In this document: positions 10,976 through 20,617 of the stretch, one piece after another
How positions within the stretch are numbered: position 1 is the stretch's first letter
Layout: each line of letters begins with the position of its first letter
Assembly (NCBI GenBank): GCA_965228735.1
Contig: OZ245838.1
Location: 2,912,001 to 2,976,000 of the forward strand
Origin: Planctomycetota bacterium
Lineage (GTDB): Bacteria > Planctomycetota > UBA1135 > UBA2386
Reading direction: 5' to 3'
Length of the DNA stretch: 64,000 bases
Position numbers and translations under genes: made by a program
The notes under the pieces: generated by a model
What the model was told of the DNA's origin: nothing
The model's database searches: none
What the model saw: the letters and a program-made list of their open reading frames with translations, nothing else

Positions 10976-12691
10976 TCAGCGCAGCCAGGCCGCGATCGCT
11001 GCCTGGCGGCGCGGGTCGTCGTGCCAGCGGAAGTAGACCTGCTCGAGCGCGCTGAACGTCGCCTGCACGATCGGTTTCTCGGCCTTCGGTCGCGTCGCCA
11101 ACCCGGCGATCAGATCGTCGATCATCGCGTCGAGATCGGTCGCCTGGACGTCCGGCGCGGCGATCAGCGGCGCCATGACTTCGCGGTCCCAGCGCACCAG
11201 GGTGAACGTGAACCCGCCGAGCTCGACCTTCATCCACGGGAACGGGCCGGTCCACGGCGGGTGGTCGAACAGCAGCAGGTGGACGCCCTGCGTCCGCAGC
11301 GCATACTCCGTGATCTCCGGGCTGCTGAACAAGCCGCGTTCGTGCCCGACGATGCCGCGCTCCGGGACCGGCTGCCGCGCGAGCCAGTGATCGGTGAGGC
11401 CCGCGACCGATTCGAGGGCGTAGCGCACCGAGGACTCGTAGACGAGCATCGCCTGGGTGCCCGAGAACGCGACGCGCAGATCGGTCTCGCCGCAGAGCTC
11501 GCCGAGACGACGACCGGCCGCGCGGATCCTGTCCGTGCGCTCGGTCGGGTACTGCGCGCGTTCGTCGGCCACGCCGTCGACGCTCTGCCCCATGACGTAG
11601 AGGTCGGGCCGCTGATGGAAGAGCAGCGTCGCGAGTCCGACGAGCAGCACGGCGACCCAGCCGGAGAGGCCGCGCAAGAAGCGCCGCGCCACGACCTCGA
11701 GTGCCAGGTACAGCAGCGGCGTGACGGGCAGACAGAAGCGCGCGAACATGAAGTCGCCGCCGACCCAGACGACGAACGCCAGATAACCGAGCACGATCGC
11801 GCCGAGGCGCAGCAGCCCGGGTCGACGCCGGGCGAACAGGAACGCGGCGGCCGCGACGAGACCCGGCAGCAGCACCCAGTAGGCCTCGAAGTAGAGCTGC
11901 AGGTAGTAGACGCCCTGCCCGAGGTAGGGCTCGTGCGCCGACTTCGCGTACGCGGTGTTGGGCAGCAGTTCGCCGTAGTAGAGGACGCGCCAGCCGAGGA
12001 ACGGCACGAACAGCAGGAAGCCCGGGACGCCGAACGCGAGCGCCGGCGCGAGCGACCGGCGGCGGATGCTCGCGAGCACGGCGAGCAGCCCCGCGAGCGC
12101 GCCGACGAGCGCGCCGTCCGGGCGGGTGACCGCCGCGAGGCAACACAGCAGACTGGCGACCGCGAACGGGCGATTGCCGTCCGCGCGGGCGAGGACGCCG
12201 ACGATCAGCGTCACGAGCAGCACGAAGCCGAGCGTCTCGAGCCCGCAGCTGCTGAAATCGCGCAGGTGCTGGTGCAGCGCGACGCCGACCGCGGCGAGCG
12301 GCAGGAAACGCGCGCCGGTGTCGCCGTCGTGGGCCCCCGCCTCGCCGCGCTCGCTGCGGCCCGCGAGCCGGTTGCCGGCCCACCACGTCGCGGGCACGAG
12401 CGCGCCGTAGCAGACGATGCCGAGTCCCTGGCCGAACGTCACGGGATCGAGGCCACAGCGCACCGCGAGGGCGCAGAGCCAGACCCAGAGCGGGTTGCTG
12501 TAGCCCTCGACGCGTTCGCCCGCGTTGTAGACGAGGCCGAGGCCGCCCGCGAAGTTCTCCGCGTAGCGGAAGGAGATGAACGCGTCGTCGCAGACCCACG
12601 CCCGGCTCCAGGCCCAGGCCATCGCGAGGACGCTGAGCGCCGCGAGCGTGACGACGCGGACCACTCGCGGACTCCCGGCCCCGCCGGTCAC
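10976..12691 (-). CDS. AftB-like GT-C fold membrane glycosyltransferase
   Basis: WVCDDAFISFRYAEN...YNAGERVEGYSNPLW, TRPDG, LPNTAYAK and GGDFM; many TM helices. Confidence 0.75.
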   Translation of the reverse strand: MTGGAGSPRVVRVVTLAALSVLAMAWAWSRAWVCDDAFISFRYAENFAGGLGLVYNAGERVEGYSNPLWVWLCALAVRCGLDPVTFGQGLGIVCYGALVPATWWAGNRLAGRSERGEAGAHDGDTGARFLPLAAVGVALHQHLRDFSSCGLETLGFVLLVTLIVGVLARADGNRPFAVASLLCCLAAVTRPDGALVGALAGLLAVLASIRRRSLAPALAFGVPGFLLFVPFLGWRVLYYGELLPNTAYAKSAHEPYLGQGVYYLQLYFEAYWVLLPGLVAAAAFLFARRRPGLLRLGAIVLGYLAFVVWVGGDFMFARFCLPVTPLLYLALEVVARRFLRGLSGWVAVLLVGLATLLFHQRPDLYVMGQSVDGVADERAQYPTERTDRIRAAGRRLGELCGETDLRVAFSGTQAMLVYESSVRYALESVAGLTDHWLARQPVPERGIVGHERGLFSSPEITEYALRTQGVHLLLFDHPPWTGPFPWMKVELGGFTFTLVRWDREVMAPLIAAPDVQATDLDAMIDDLIAGLATRPKAEKPIVQATFSALEQVYFRWHDDPRRQAAIAAWLR

Positions 12692-14424
12692 CGCAAGAAC
12701 TCCTCGAAGCGGGCCTGCCGCTCGGGGTCGTCGTTCTGATCGAAGTAGTAGCGCTTCAGCGCGGCGTAGTCCTTCCGGACCTGCTTGCGGTCCTTGCCTG
12801 CGAGCCCGGCGAGGTACTCGTCGAGCTTCTCGTCGATCGGCGTGAACACGACGACGTAGTCACGTTCGTGCAGCGCCTGCATCAGCGCGCGGTCGTAGCG
12901 CATGAGACGCGCCGGGATGAGCGTCGGCAGCCCCGGCACCTCGAACCAGACGTCGCGCCAGCCGTCCGTGAGATCCTTGACGCGGTAGTCCCTGTCGAAC
13001 GTGATCTGCACGCCGCGCTCTTCGATGATGTAGTCGAGCACCCGGCGGTAGCCCTTCTCGTGGCCCGGCACGCCGCGGGCCGCGACCTCCTGGTGCGCGA
13101 TCCGCGCGTCGGTGAGCCCCGTGGCGCACTCGATCGCGACCGGCACCTGCGCGCGATACGCGAGGTTGGCCTGGCTGCCGACGATCGCGATGCGCACGTC
13201 GAGCCCGTCGAACACGTCGTGCAGCCGCTCGCCCGTGAGCCGCATCGCCTCGCTCCAGGTCAGGTCATCGAGCCCGGACGGCGCCAGCGTGATCGCGCGG
13301 TTGTCGGAGAAGTGGAACGGGTTCGGGTGCTTGCCGAGCCACGGCGGCTCGACGCGCAGCAGCAGGCCGGCGACGAGTCCGGCGGCGAGCACGACCTGCG
13401 GCCAGCGCGGCAGCCATCGGTTGGCGCCGACGTCGAGCCCGAGCAGCAGCGCGGGCAGCACCGGCACGAGGAAACGGCCGAACATGAAGTCACCGCCCAC
13501 CCAGATCACGAACGCGACGTAGAGCCCGACGAACGCGACGATCGCGAGATGCGGTCGGCGGCCGAGCCACGGCGAGACCGACACCGCGAGGTCCGGCCGC
13601 CTGAGCGCGTAGACGAGCGGCAGCAGGGGCGTCGCGAGCAGCACCCAGTAGCACTTCACGAACTCCCAGACGTAGACCAGCCCCTGCGACGGATACGGGT
13701 CGCTCGCGGACTTGGCGTAGAACGTGTTGGGCACCCAGTAGCCGTAGTAGAGCCGCCGCCACAACAGGTACGGGACGAAGCAGACGAGGAACGGCAGCAC
13801 GTAGGCGAGCAGCAGCCGCGGCGCGCGCCGCTGCCACGCATCGAACAGCACGAAGCAGCCGGTGATCGCGACGAACAGCCCGCCGTCGGGCCGTGTCATC
13901 GCGAGCAGCACGCCGACGAACCCCGCGAGCCTCGCGGCGCGCGCACACCGCAACCGGATCGCGAACGTCAACAACGCGGTCACGAGCAGCGCGAACATCG
14001 CGGTCTCGAGCCCCGCCGGCGCGAGCGACGCCGCGTGGTGCAGCACCGCATAGCCGCACGCTGCGATCGGCACGACCGCGCGGCCCCCGCTCGCCCGCCA
14101 CGCGAGCACCGCGAGCAGCAGCACCGTGCCGGCATGGGCGACCGCCCCCCAGAACGACGCCCAGCTCCCGATCAGCTCGCCGCTGAACCCGACGGTCATG
14201 CCGACCGCGAGCCACATCGTCCACGCGAAGTTGGTGTAGCCCTCGACGGGCGCCTCGTTCGGGTCGCGGTTGAACACCAGTCCGTGCCCGTCGACGAGGT
14301 GCTCCGCGTACCGCATCGAGATGAACGCGTCGTCACACGTCCACCGCAGCGCCCACGCCTGCCCGAACGCGACCGTGACGCAGAGCGCGGTGAGGATCCA
14401 GAAGACGAGACGACTGCGCGGCAT
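12688..14424 (-). CDS. AftB-like GT-C fold membrane glycosyltransferase (paralogue)
   Basis: WTCDDAFISMRYAEH...VEGYTNFAW, TRPDG, VPNTFYAK and GGDFM; 4-nt overlap with the downstream paralogue. Confidence 0.75.
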   Translation of the reverse strand: MPRSRLVFWILTALCVTVAFGQAWALRWTCDDAFISMRYAEHLVDGHGLVFNRDPNEAPVEGYTNFAWTMWLAVGMTVGFSGELIGSWASFWGAVAHAGTVLLLAVLAWRASGGRAVVPIAACGYAVLHHAASLAPAGLETAMFALLVTALLTFAIRLRCARAARLAGFVGVLLAMTRPDGGLFVAITGCFVLFDAWQRRAPRLLLAYVLPFLVCFVPYLLWRRLYYGYWVPNTFYAKSASDPYPSQGLVYVWEFVKCYWVLLATPLLPLVYALRRPDLAVSVSPWLGRRPHLAIVAFVGLYVAFVIWVGGDFMFGRFLVPVLPALLLGLDVGANRWLPRWPQVVLAAGLVAGLLLRVEPPWLGKHPNPFHFSDNRAITLAPSGLDDLTWSEAMRLTGERLHDVFDGLDVRIAIVGSQANLAYRAQVPVAIECATGLTDARIAHQEVAARGVPGHEKGYRRVLDYIIEERGVQITFDRDYRVKDLTDGWRDVWFEVPGLPTLIPARLMRYDRALMQALHERDYVVVFTPIDEKLDEYLAGLAGKDRKQVRKDYAALKRYYFDQNDDPERQARFEEFLR

Positions 14425-14467
14425 GCGGGCTCTGCGGAACCTACCCTACCCAGCCTCGAGATGGCAC

Positions 14468-15217
14468 TCAGAGGCGGCCGAGCAGCCCCGCCGACGGCGG
14501 CAACGCGCGCGCCGTGAGCGAACCCGGGTCGATCGACCATTCGCCCGCGATCCGCAGCACGAGCGCCTCGTCGGGCCACCACTTCATCGGATCGTCGGAG
14601 CGGTCGCGCGGATCGTCGACGTAGCAGCCGAGCAGCTGCTCCGTATCCGTGATCTCGCCCTGCCACAGCACGTTGCCGTCGGTCTCCGTCCACGCGAATG
14701 CGCGCACGAGCTCGCCGTCGTGGGCCACCCCCCAGCCGTGGTGCTCGAGTCCGTCATGGGTGTGGAACCACGCGGCGCGACCGAACGTCCGGCTCAGGCG
14801 TTCGAGGAGGGCCGGCACGATGCGGGCGTAATCGCCGTCCCCGTAGAGGTCCGCGCCGACGGCCAGGACTACGCCCGCGACCGGCGGCGTGACGAACACA
14901 CCCTCGCTCGCCGCGGCCTCGAGACCGGCCTGCCAGTTGGCGGGCAGCACCGTGCGCAGACCGAGCTCGGTGGCGACGCGATCGGGATCGTCGGTCGCGA
15001 GCGCGAGCCACGTCGCGCGCCGCCCGAACGAGCGCGGCACGTCGGGTTCTGCCGCCGGCCGACCGGCCAGCGGACGTCCCGTCGAACTTCAGGTCGGCGT
15101 GGCGAGTTCGGCGCGGCGCGCGCGGATCATGCGGTCCATTCCCCGCAGGCCGAACCACAACAGACCGGCGAGCGCCGCGAGCGCGAGGAGGAGGAGGACG
15201 ATCTGCAGGACGATCAC
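14468..15217 (-). pseudogene. Membrane-anchored hypothetical protein interrupted by an in-frame TGA (or two adjacent genes)
   Basis: GTG 15217 opens a TM helix (VIVLQIVLLLLALAALAGLLWFGL). TGA at 15089-15091 is followed in the same frame by ORF 14468..15040 (PDVPRSFGRRATWLAL...). Confidence 0.55.
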
Positions 15218-15292
15218 GGGCCGCGCGACGATAGCAAGTCGGCGGCCGCGCGAGCCAGAACAGAGGCCAGCCCGAGGTCAGTCAGCCGAAGG

Positions 15293-17053
15293 TCAGCGCC
15301 CGCTCTTGAAGTGCCGGCTGCCGACCCACTCCTTCCAGGCGTCCTCGAGCTTGGTCCAGTCCTCGTCCGTCATGTCGCGGAACGCGATGTCGACGCCCTT
15401 CTTCGTGTCGCCCTCGAGGATCGCGACCTTGCCGTAGATGTCGAGCGCCTCGCCCCACTGCTTCTCGAACCCGCGCTGCACGTTGCCGCGCCGGAAGAAG
15501 TCGATCATCGAGTACGCCTGCGCGTACCGATAGGCCGGACGGTTGGTGTAGAAGAGCTGCCGCGGCCAGCGCACGAGCTCCTTGAACGGGATGTAGTCGC
15601 CGACCCGGACCATGTTCTTGACGTCCTGGTAGCGCATGTCGGAGCCGACGTACTTCCAGCTCGAGCCGGTCCATTCGTGCGAGCCGAAGTAGTCGCCGTG
15701 GCCCTCGTCGAACCAGCGGTGCAGGCTCGCGTGCTTGGGGCTCGCCGGGTGGTGGAAGTAGAGGTCGGCGAACTGGTGCCAGCCCTCGTGGTAGGTGACG
15801 GTCTCGGTCGCGCCAGGCCCCATCATCGTGTCACCGCCGAGGAAGACGACGAGCTCCTTGCTGCCCGGCGAGTACCAGCCGACGACGCCGCCGCTCGTGC
15901 CGCCGTACTTGCAGAACTGGTCGTACGTCGCGCAGAGACGGAACACCGAGTACGGCACCTCGCCCTCGGCCTTCTCGGCCTTCGCGACCATCTCGGCGTC
16001 GGTCGGTTCGGCCTTCTCCGCGGCGCTCTTCGGGCCGGTGACCGGAACGTTGTCGAGCGCCGGCACCGTGCTGGCATCGGGCCACACGGCCTTGGTGCCC
16101 GACTCGTCCATCGGGAAGCTCTCGATGTAGAGCTTGCGCATCTTCTCGAGGCGGTCGCTGTAGAACTCGGCCTGCTTCTTGGCCTTGTTGCGGTCCTCGC
16201 GGCCCTTCGAGAAGTCCCAGGAGTAGAGCACGATGTAGTTGGGCATCGTGAAGTAGTCCCAGCCCTTCAGGCCCTCGATGTTCTTCTTGGCCTTGGCCAG
16301 CGCCTTCTTCTTGGCCGGCGTGTCCGCGAACTTGTCGCGCTTGCCCGCGTCATCTTCCTTCGCGATGTCCTCGGCATCGAGCTGCTTGCCGCTGCGGATC
16401 ATCTTGCGGATGGTCCCGGTCCACTTCGTCTTCGGCTTGCCGCCGGGTTTCTCGACCGGCATCTCGATCACGAGCGCGACCTCGCGATCGCCGAAGTCGT
16501 AGACCGCGGCCTCGCACCAGCACTCGCCGACCGGCCCCCACTTGTTGTCGATGCGCCAGACGTAGTGCTTGTAGTCGGCCTTGCCGTTGCGCCCGCGCTT
16601 GTCCTTGCCGTCCGTGTAGATCTCCATGACCTCGTCGGAGCTGTCGAGCCACTCCTTGAAGCTCTTGTGCGACTTCTTGCCGAAGCGCGCCATCGCCTCC
16701 GCGAGCTGCTTCTTCACCTCGGGCGGCGTGCCCTCGGGCAGGTCGACGTCGGGGCCGTCACCCTCCTTGCCGCCGGCACCTGCCTTCCTGAACTCGTAGA
16801 CGTCGGCCTGCCACGTCCACTGCGCCCGGATCATGTCGTTGCGGTCCTTCGACATGAGGCGCGCGCGATGATGAATGCCGTTCTCGCCGAGACGCATCGG
16901 CAGCCGTTCGAGCCGCCCCGGCGCGTCGATCTCGAGCCTGGCCTCGCGAATCTGCTCCGTGCGCCACTTCTGCGCCGGCATCGCCGTGGCCAGGGCCCCG
17001 GCCATTCCGGCAAGCAGGAACGTTGCAGTGAGTCGACGGCTCATTGGATGCAT
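15293..17053 (-). CDS. Secreted DUF1570-like gluzincin metallopeptidase
   Basis: Signal peptide ending MPAQ; YHEGWHQF (HExxH), WFDEGHGDYF and YAQAYSMIDF. Confidence 0.8.
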   Translation of the reverse strand: MHPMSRRLTATFLLAGMAGALATAMPAQKWRTEQIREARLEIDAPGRLERLPMRLGENGIHHRARLMSKDRNDMIRAQWTWQADVYEFRKAGAGGKEGDGPDVDLPEGTPPEVKKQLAEAMARFGKKSHKSFKEWLDSSDEVMEIYTDGKDKRGRNGKADYKHYVWRIDNKWGPVGECWCEAAVYDFGDREVALVIEMPVEKPGGKPKTKWTGTIRKMIRSGKQLDAEDIAKEDDAGKRDKFADTPAKKKALAKAKKNIEGLKGWDYFTMPNYIVLYSWDFSKGREDRNKAKKQAEFYSDRLEKMRKLYIESFPMDESGTKAVWPDASTVPALDNVPVTGPKSAAEKAEPTDAEMVAKAEKAEGEVPYSVFRLCATYDQFCKYGGTSGGVVGWYSPGSKELVVFLGGDTMMGPGATETVTYHEGWHQFADLYFHHPASPKHASLHRWFDEGHGDYFGSHEWTGSSWKYVGSDMRYQDVKNMVRVGDYIPFKELVRWPRQLFYTNRPAYRYAQAYSMIDFFRRGNVQRGFEKQWGEALDIYGKVAILEGDTKKGVDIAFRDMTDEDWTKLEDAWKEWVGSRHFKSGR

Positions 17054-17239
17054 CACGGTTCGGTTCTCCTGTTCGGACTCTCGGGTCTTCCGGGTTTCCG
17101 GGTGTCTGAAGCTGCTGATCCTAGGCGAACGGGCCACGCAGTGCGTCCCCCCCACCGGTCGAGGACGCGTTACGGTCCCATCGGGGAAATTGCCCGCACG
17201 GCGGGTCGCACGGGACGTCGGCGGACGGGATCACCTCGC

Positions 17240-17388
17240 CCAACGCAGGATCCCCAACGCAGGATCCGCCGAACCGTTCCTGGCTCGCCATCGGTTTCTT
17301 GGTGCCCACCGCCGGTCCCATCCTGTCGGTCCCCGCGCCGGATTCGTCGACGCTGGGATTCCTCGACGCTGGGATTCCTCGACGCAGG
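17240..17388. repeat. Short tandem repeats (14 bp x2; 16 bp x3)
   Basis: CCAACGCAGGATCC x2 at 17240-17267; GATTCSTCGACGCWGG x3 at 17341-17388. Confidence 0.85.
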
Positions 17389-17501
17389 TCGGATCACGAC
17401 GGGCGCTCGCCACGACTCCCCGATTCGGACCGCGGACATTCTCGTTACCACGAACCGCGCGGGTGGCCCGGCCCCTCGGGCCGGCCACCGATCCGCGACG
17501 T

Positions 17502-17846
17502 TCACGTCGCCGGGGGCACCGGATCCTGACCATCGCTCACCCGGCGCTCCAGTTCGGCGAGCGGCGGGATGCCCCACTTGCTGCGTTCGCTGTCCGTCGT
17601 CCCCGCCTCGACGGGCCACAGCTCGCGCCGGCCGTCCCGCTGCCGCACCTGGGTGCCGAACTTCTGCGGCTCCCCGGCGAGGACGCGCATGCGATCGAAC
17701 GCGGCGGCCGCGAGCGGCGGCACGCGCGGGTCGCTCGAGACGTGGCGGACGAGCCCGCGGTAGGCGTCCTGCACGGCGTCGAGGCGGTCGCGCTCGAGGG
17801 CCGCGCGCATCGCCGCCACCGCGTCCTCGATCTCCTCGCCGGTCAT
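17502..17846 (-). CDS. Hypothetical protein (DUF6624-like C-terminal motif)
   Basis: FDRMRVLAGEPQKFGTQ...ERSKWGIPPL. Confidence 0.65.
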   Translation of the reverse strand: MTGEEIEDAVAAMRAALERDRLDAVQDAYRGLVRHVSSDPRVPPLAAAAFDRMRVLAGEPQKFGTQVRQRDGRRELWPVEAGTTDSERSKWGIPPLAELERRVSDGQDPVPPAT

Positions 17847-17859
17847 CGTCGCCGCTCTC

Positions 17860-19410
17860 TCACTGCATGAGTTCCACGATCTGGGTCGCGAGCCGCTGTG
17901 CCAGGTCGTCCCACGCATCGTCGCTCCCGGCCCCGTCGCCGCCCGCCATGTCCACGAACCGCACCGGTCCGGCAGCGCGATCGCCCGCGACGCTCAGCAT
18001 CACGTCCACGTCCGCACGCGACGCCTGGGCGGCGAACAGCACGAGCCCGACATCGTTCTCCGCGCACCACGCCGCGACCTCCGCGAGGGTCGCCTCGAGA
18101 GGCTGTCGCCGCCGCCGTGGCGCGCCGAACGGATCCACGTTCTCGAACTCGGACACGCCGAAGACGAGCACGTCGGGCCGGTAGCCCGTGTAGAACCGGG
18201 AGAACATCGCCCACTGCTGCTCGCTCCAGCCGTCGAACGTCGGCAGGCACGGCACGTCGACGAACGCCGGCGCGCGCAGACCGAGCAACGCGGCGGCGCG
18301 ATTGCCGACGAGCAGTTCGAGGTGGCGTTCCTTCGGCTGTTCGAGCGGCCGGCCGTAGAGCATCTGGCCGCCGAGCAGGAAGACGCGGTGGTCGGCCTCC
18401 TCGGCGGTGTGGATGACGAACGGGCCGTCCACGAGCTGCGCGTGCGCCTGCACGAGCTGCGCGCCGGCGGCCACGCCGAACAGCCGGTCGAGCTGCGCGG
18501 TCGAGCGCTGCACGGGCGGCGCCACGACGATCAGCAGCGCCCCGACCACGGCGAGCAACCGCATGCCGCGAACCAGCAGCAGCGCGATCGCCGCGGTCCC
18601 GGCGAGGTAGGCGAGCAGCGTCGCGGGCGGCGGGTGCCAGAGCGGCGGCCCCGACTGGGAGCCCGCGAGCACCCACGCCGCGAGCGCGAACGCGAGCCCG
18701 ACCGACGGCTGCGCCCCGCGCAGGCGGATGATCACCGCGAGCAGTCCGCCGACGACGATGCCGAGGCCGACCCAGAACCAGCGCGACCACAGCCACGGCG
18801 TCGCGAGCCCGAGGGGCGTGATCGTGAGACTGCGGACGACGGCCGTGCCGCCGCGCGCGACGAGGAGGAACGAGCCGTGGATGTCGTCGGCGAAAAAGCG
18901 CTCCAGCTTCCTGCCGGCGACGTTGGCGTCGAGCGCGCGCCCGCGCCCCTTCACCCAGACGGTCGCGGAATGCCCGGGCGACAGGTCGACGCCGCCGGCG
19001 TCGCGATCCCCGAGCAACGCCTGGTCGCGCGACAGCCACGGCGAACCCGCGCGATCCGCGGACAGTCGCAGCACGCTGAAGCGGCCGTGGAACGGTTCGA
19101 GCTCGGCGCCGATCGTGCGGGGCTCGACGCGCCGCACGACGAGATCGACGATCGCGCCCTCACCGAGTTCGACCTCGAGCTGCAGGTCGAAGTCACCGAA
19201 GGCGAACGGCACGGGCAACCGGCGCGCGTCGTTGATGACGAACGGCTCCTCCTCCCAGCGACCCGTGTAGGGCTGATCGCGCAGCGCGACGCCGCCGGCC
19301 GCGATCGTCGGGTGGATCAGGCCAGCGCAGAACCACCCTGCGACGGCGCCGAACACCAGCATCAGGAGGAGCGAGACGGCGAAGCGATCGTTGGGCTGGC
19401 GTTCGGGCAT
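17860..19410 (-). CDS. Multi-pass membrane protein with a degenerate SGNH-like C-terminal domain
   Basis: ATG 19410; N-terminal TM, soluble beta-rich region, about four TMs, then RVFLLGG...YRPDVLVFG. Confidence 0.7.
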   Translation of the reverse strand: MPERQPNDRFAVSLLLMLVFGAVAGWFCAGLIHPTIAAGGVALRDQPYTGRWEEEPFVINDARRLPVPFAFGDFDLQLEVELGEGAIVDLVVRRVEPRTIGAELEPFHGRFSVLRLSADRAGSPWLSRDQALLGDRDAGGVDLSPGHSATVWVKGRGRALDANVAGRKLERFFADDIHGSFLLVARGGTAVVRSLTITPLGLATPWLWSRWFWVGLGIVVGGLLAVIIRLRGAQPSVGLAFALAAWVLAGSQSGPPLWHPPPATLLAYLAGTAAIALLLVRGMRLLAVVGALLIVVAPPVQRSTAQLDRLFGVAAGAQLVQAHAQLVDGPFVIHTAEEADHRVFLLGGQMLYGRPLEQPKERHLELLVGNRAAALLGLRAPAFVDVPCLPTFDGWSEQQWAMFSRFYTGYRPDVLVFGVSEFENVDPFGAPRRRRQPLEATLAEVAAWCAENDVGLVLFAAQASRADVDVMLSVAGDRAAGPVRFVDMAGGDGAGSDDAWDDLAQRLATQIVELMQ

Positions 19411-19450
19411 GCGCTGGCGCGGCGGGCGCCGCGATCCTACAACACGTGAC

Positions 19451-20617
19451 GTGCAGGAAAACGAGTGGATCGTCGACCGCGTCGTGCTGCCCGATCGGGT
19501 CTGGCACGAGGCTCGCATCGCGGCCGTCGACGGCCTCGTCTCCAGCGTGGATCGCCCGGCTGGGGATCGCCCGGTTGGGGATCGACCGGGGGCCGAACGC
19601 CTGCGCGGCACGCTGCTGCCGGGCTTCGTCGACCTGCAGGTCAACGGCGCCGGCGGTCGCGGCGTCGACGAGGCGACGCCCGAGGCGCTCGACGTCGTCG
19701 CGCGCGCGGTGCAGTCGGGCGGCGCGATCGCGTTCCTGCCGACGCTGATCACGGCGGAGTGGTCGAAGCTGCTCGACCAGACCGCGGCCGTCGCGCGTTG
19801 GATCCGCGCGTTCGACGCCGGCACGCGTCCCGACGAGGCGACGCCGCTCGGGCTGCACCTCGAGGGCCCGTTCCTGTCCGCGCCGGGCGCACACCCCGAA
19901 CAGCACTTCCGCGACCCGACCCCGGAACGCGTCGACGAGCTGCTCGCCGCGGCCGACGGGCAGCTGCGACTCGTCACGCTGTCGTCCGCGCGCGCCGGTG
20001 CCGCCGCCGCGATCGAGCGACTCACGGAGAACGGCGTCACGTGCGCCATCGGGCACTGCGACGACCCCACGGGGTTCACCGCCGCGGTCGACGCCGGTGC
20101 CACCGCGGTGACGCACCTGTTCAACGCCATGGGGCGCATCCACCACCGTGACGCAGGCGTCGCGGTCCTCGCCCTCGACGACCCGCGCGTCACGTGCCCG
20201 CTCATCGTCGACGGCGTGCACGTGCAGCCCGCGATGGTCCGGCTCGCTCTGCGGCAGAAGGGGGCTGACCGCATCGTGCTCGTGACGGACGCGGTCAGCG
20301 CTGCGGGCATGCCGAACGGCGACTACACGTTGTCGGGCATCTCGGTCCGGCTCGAGGACGGCATCGTCCGCGACGGCGAGGGGCGGCTCGCGGGCTCGGC
20401 GCTGACGATGGCGCAGGCGGCGCGGAACGTGCTGCGCTTCGCCCCGGAGATCGGCCCGTGGACGCTCGCGCGGCTCGCCAGCACCAACCCGGCCCGGCTC
20501 ATCGGCCAGGACGGTGATGCCGGCTACGGCGCGATCCAGCCGGGCGGCCGCGCCGCGTTCACGTTCCTCGGCGACGACGGGTCGATCCGCGTCGTGCGCG
20601 GTCAGTCCCCAGAGTGA
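19451..20617 (+). CDS. nagA: N-acetylglucosamine-6-phosphate deacetylase
   Basis: PGFVDLQVNG, GLHLEGPF, GAH, THLFNAM, DGVH, VTDA and LAGS motifs. Confidence 0.95.
   Translation: MQENEWIVDRVVLPDRVWHEARIAAVDGLVSSVDRPAGDRPVGDRPGAERLRGTLLPGFVDLQVNGAGGRGVDEATPEALDVVARAVQSGGAIAFLPTLITAEWSKLLDQTAAVARWIRAFDAGTRPDEATPLGLHLEGPFLSAPGAHPEQHFRDPTPERVDELLAAADGQLRLVTLSSARAGAAAAIERLTENGVTCAIGHCDDPTGFTAAVDAGATAVTHLFNAMGRIHHRDAGVAVLALDDPRVTCPLIVDGVHVQPAMVRLALRQKGADRIVLVTDAVSAAGMPNGDYTLSGISVRLEDGIVRDGEGRLAGSALTMAQAARNVLRFAPEIGPWTLARLASTNPARLIGQDGDAGYGAIQPGGRAAFTFLGDDGSIRVVRGQSPE

Noticed and set aside
17240..17388. CRISPR array (also considered at 22511 and 33169)
   Set aside because: Units are 14-16 bp and directly adjacent, with no unique spacers and no cas genes.
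14270..18184. 1304-aa + strand ORF and other long ORFs such as 6060..8633, 8432..10882, 19193..21871 and 20629..22791
   Set aside because: Shadow ORFs antisense to, or out of frame with, well-supported genes. They are Arg/Ala-rich, lack motifs, and are expected at this GC content.
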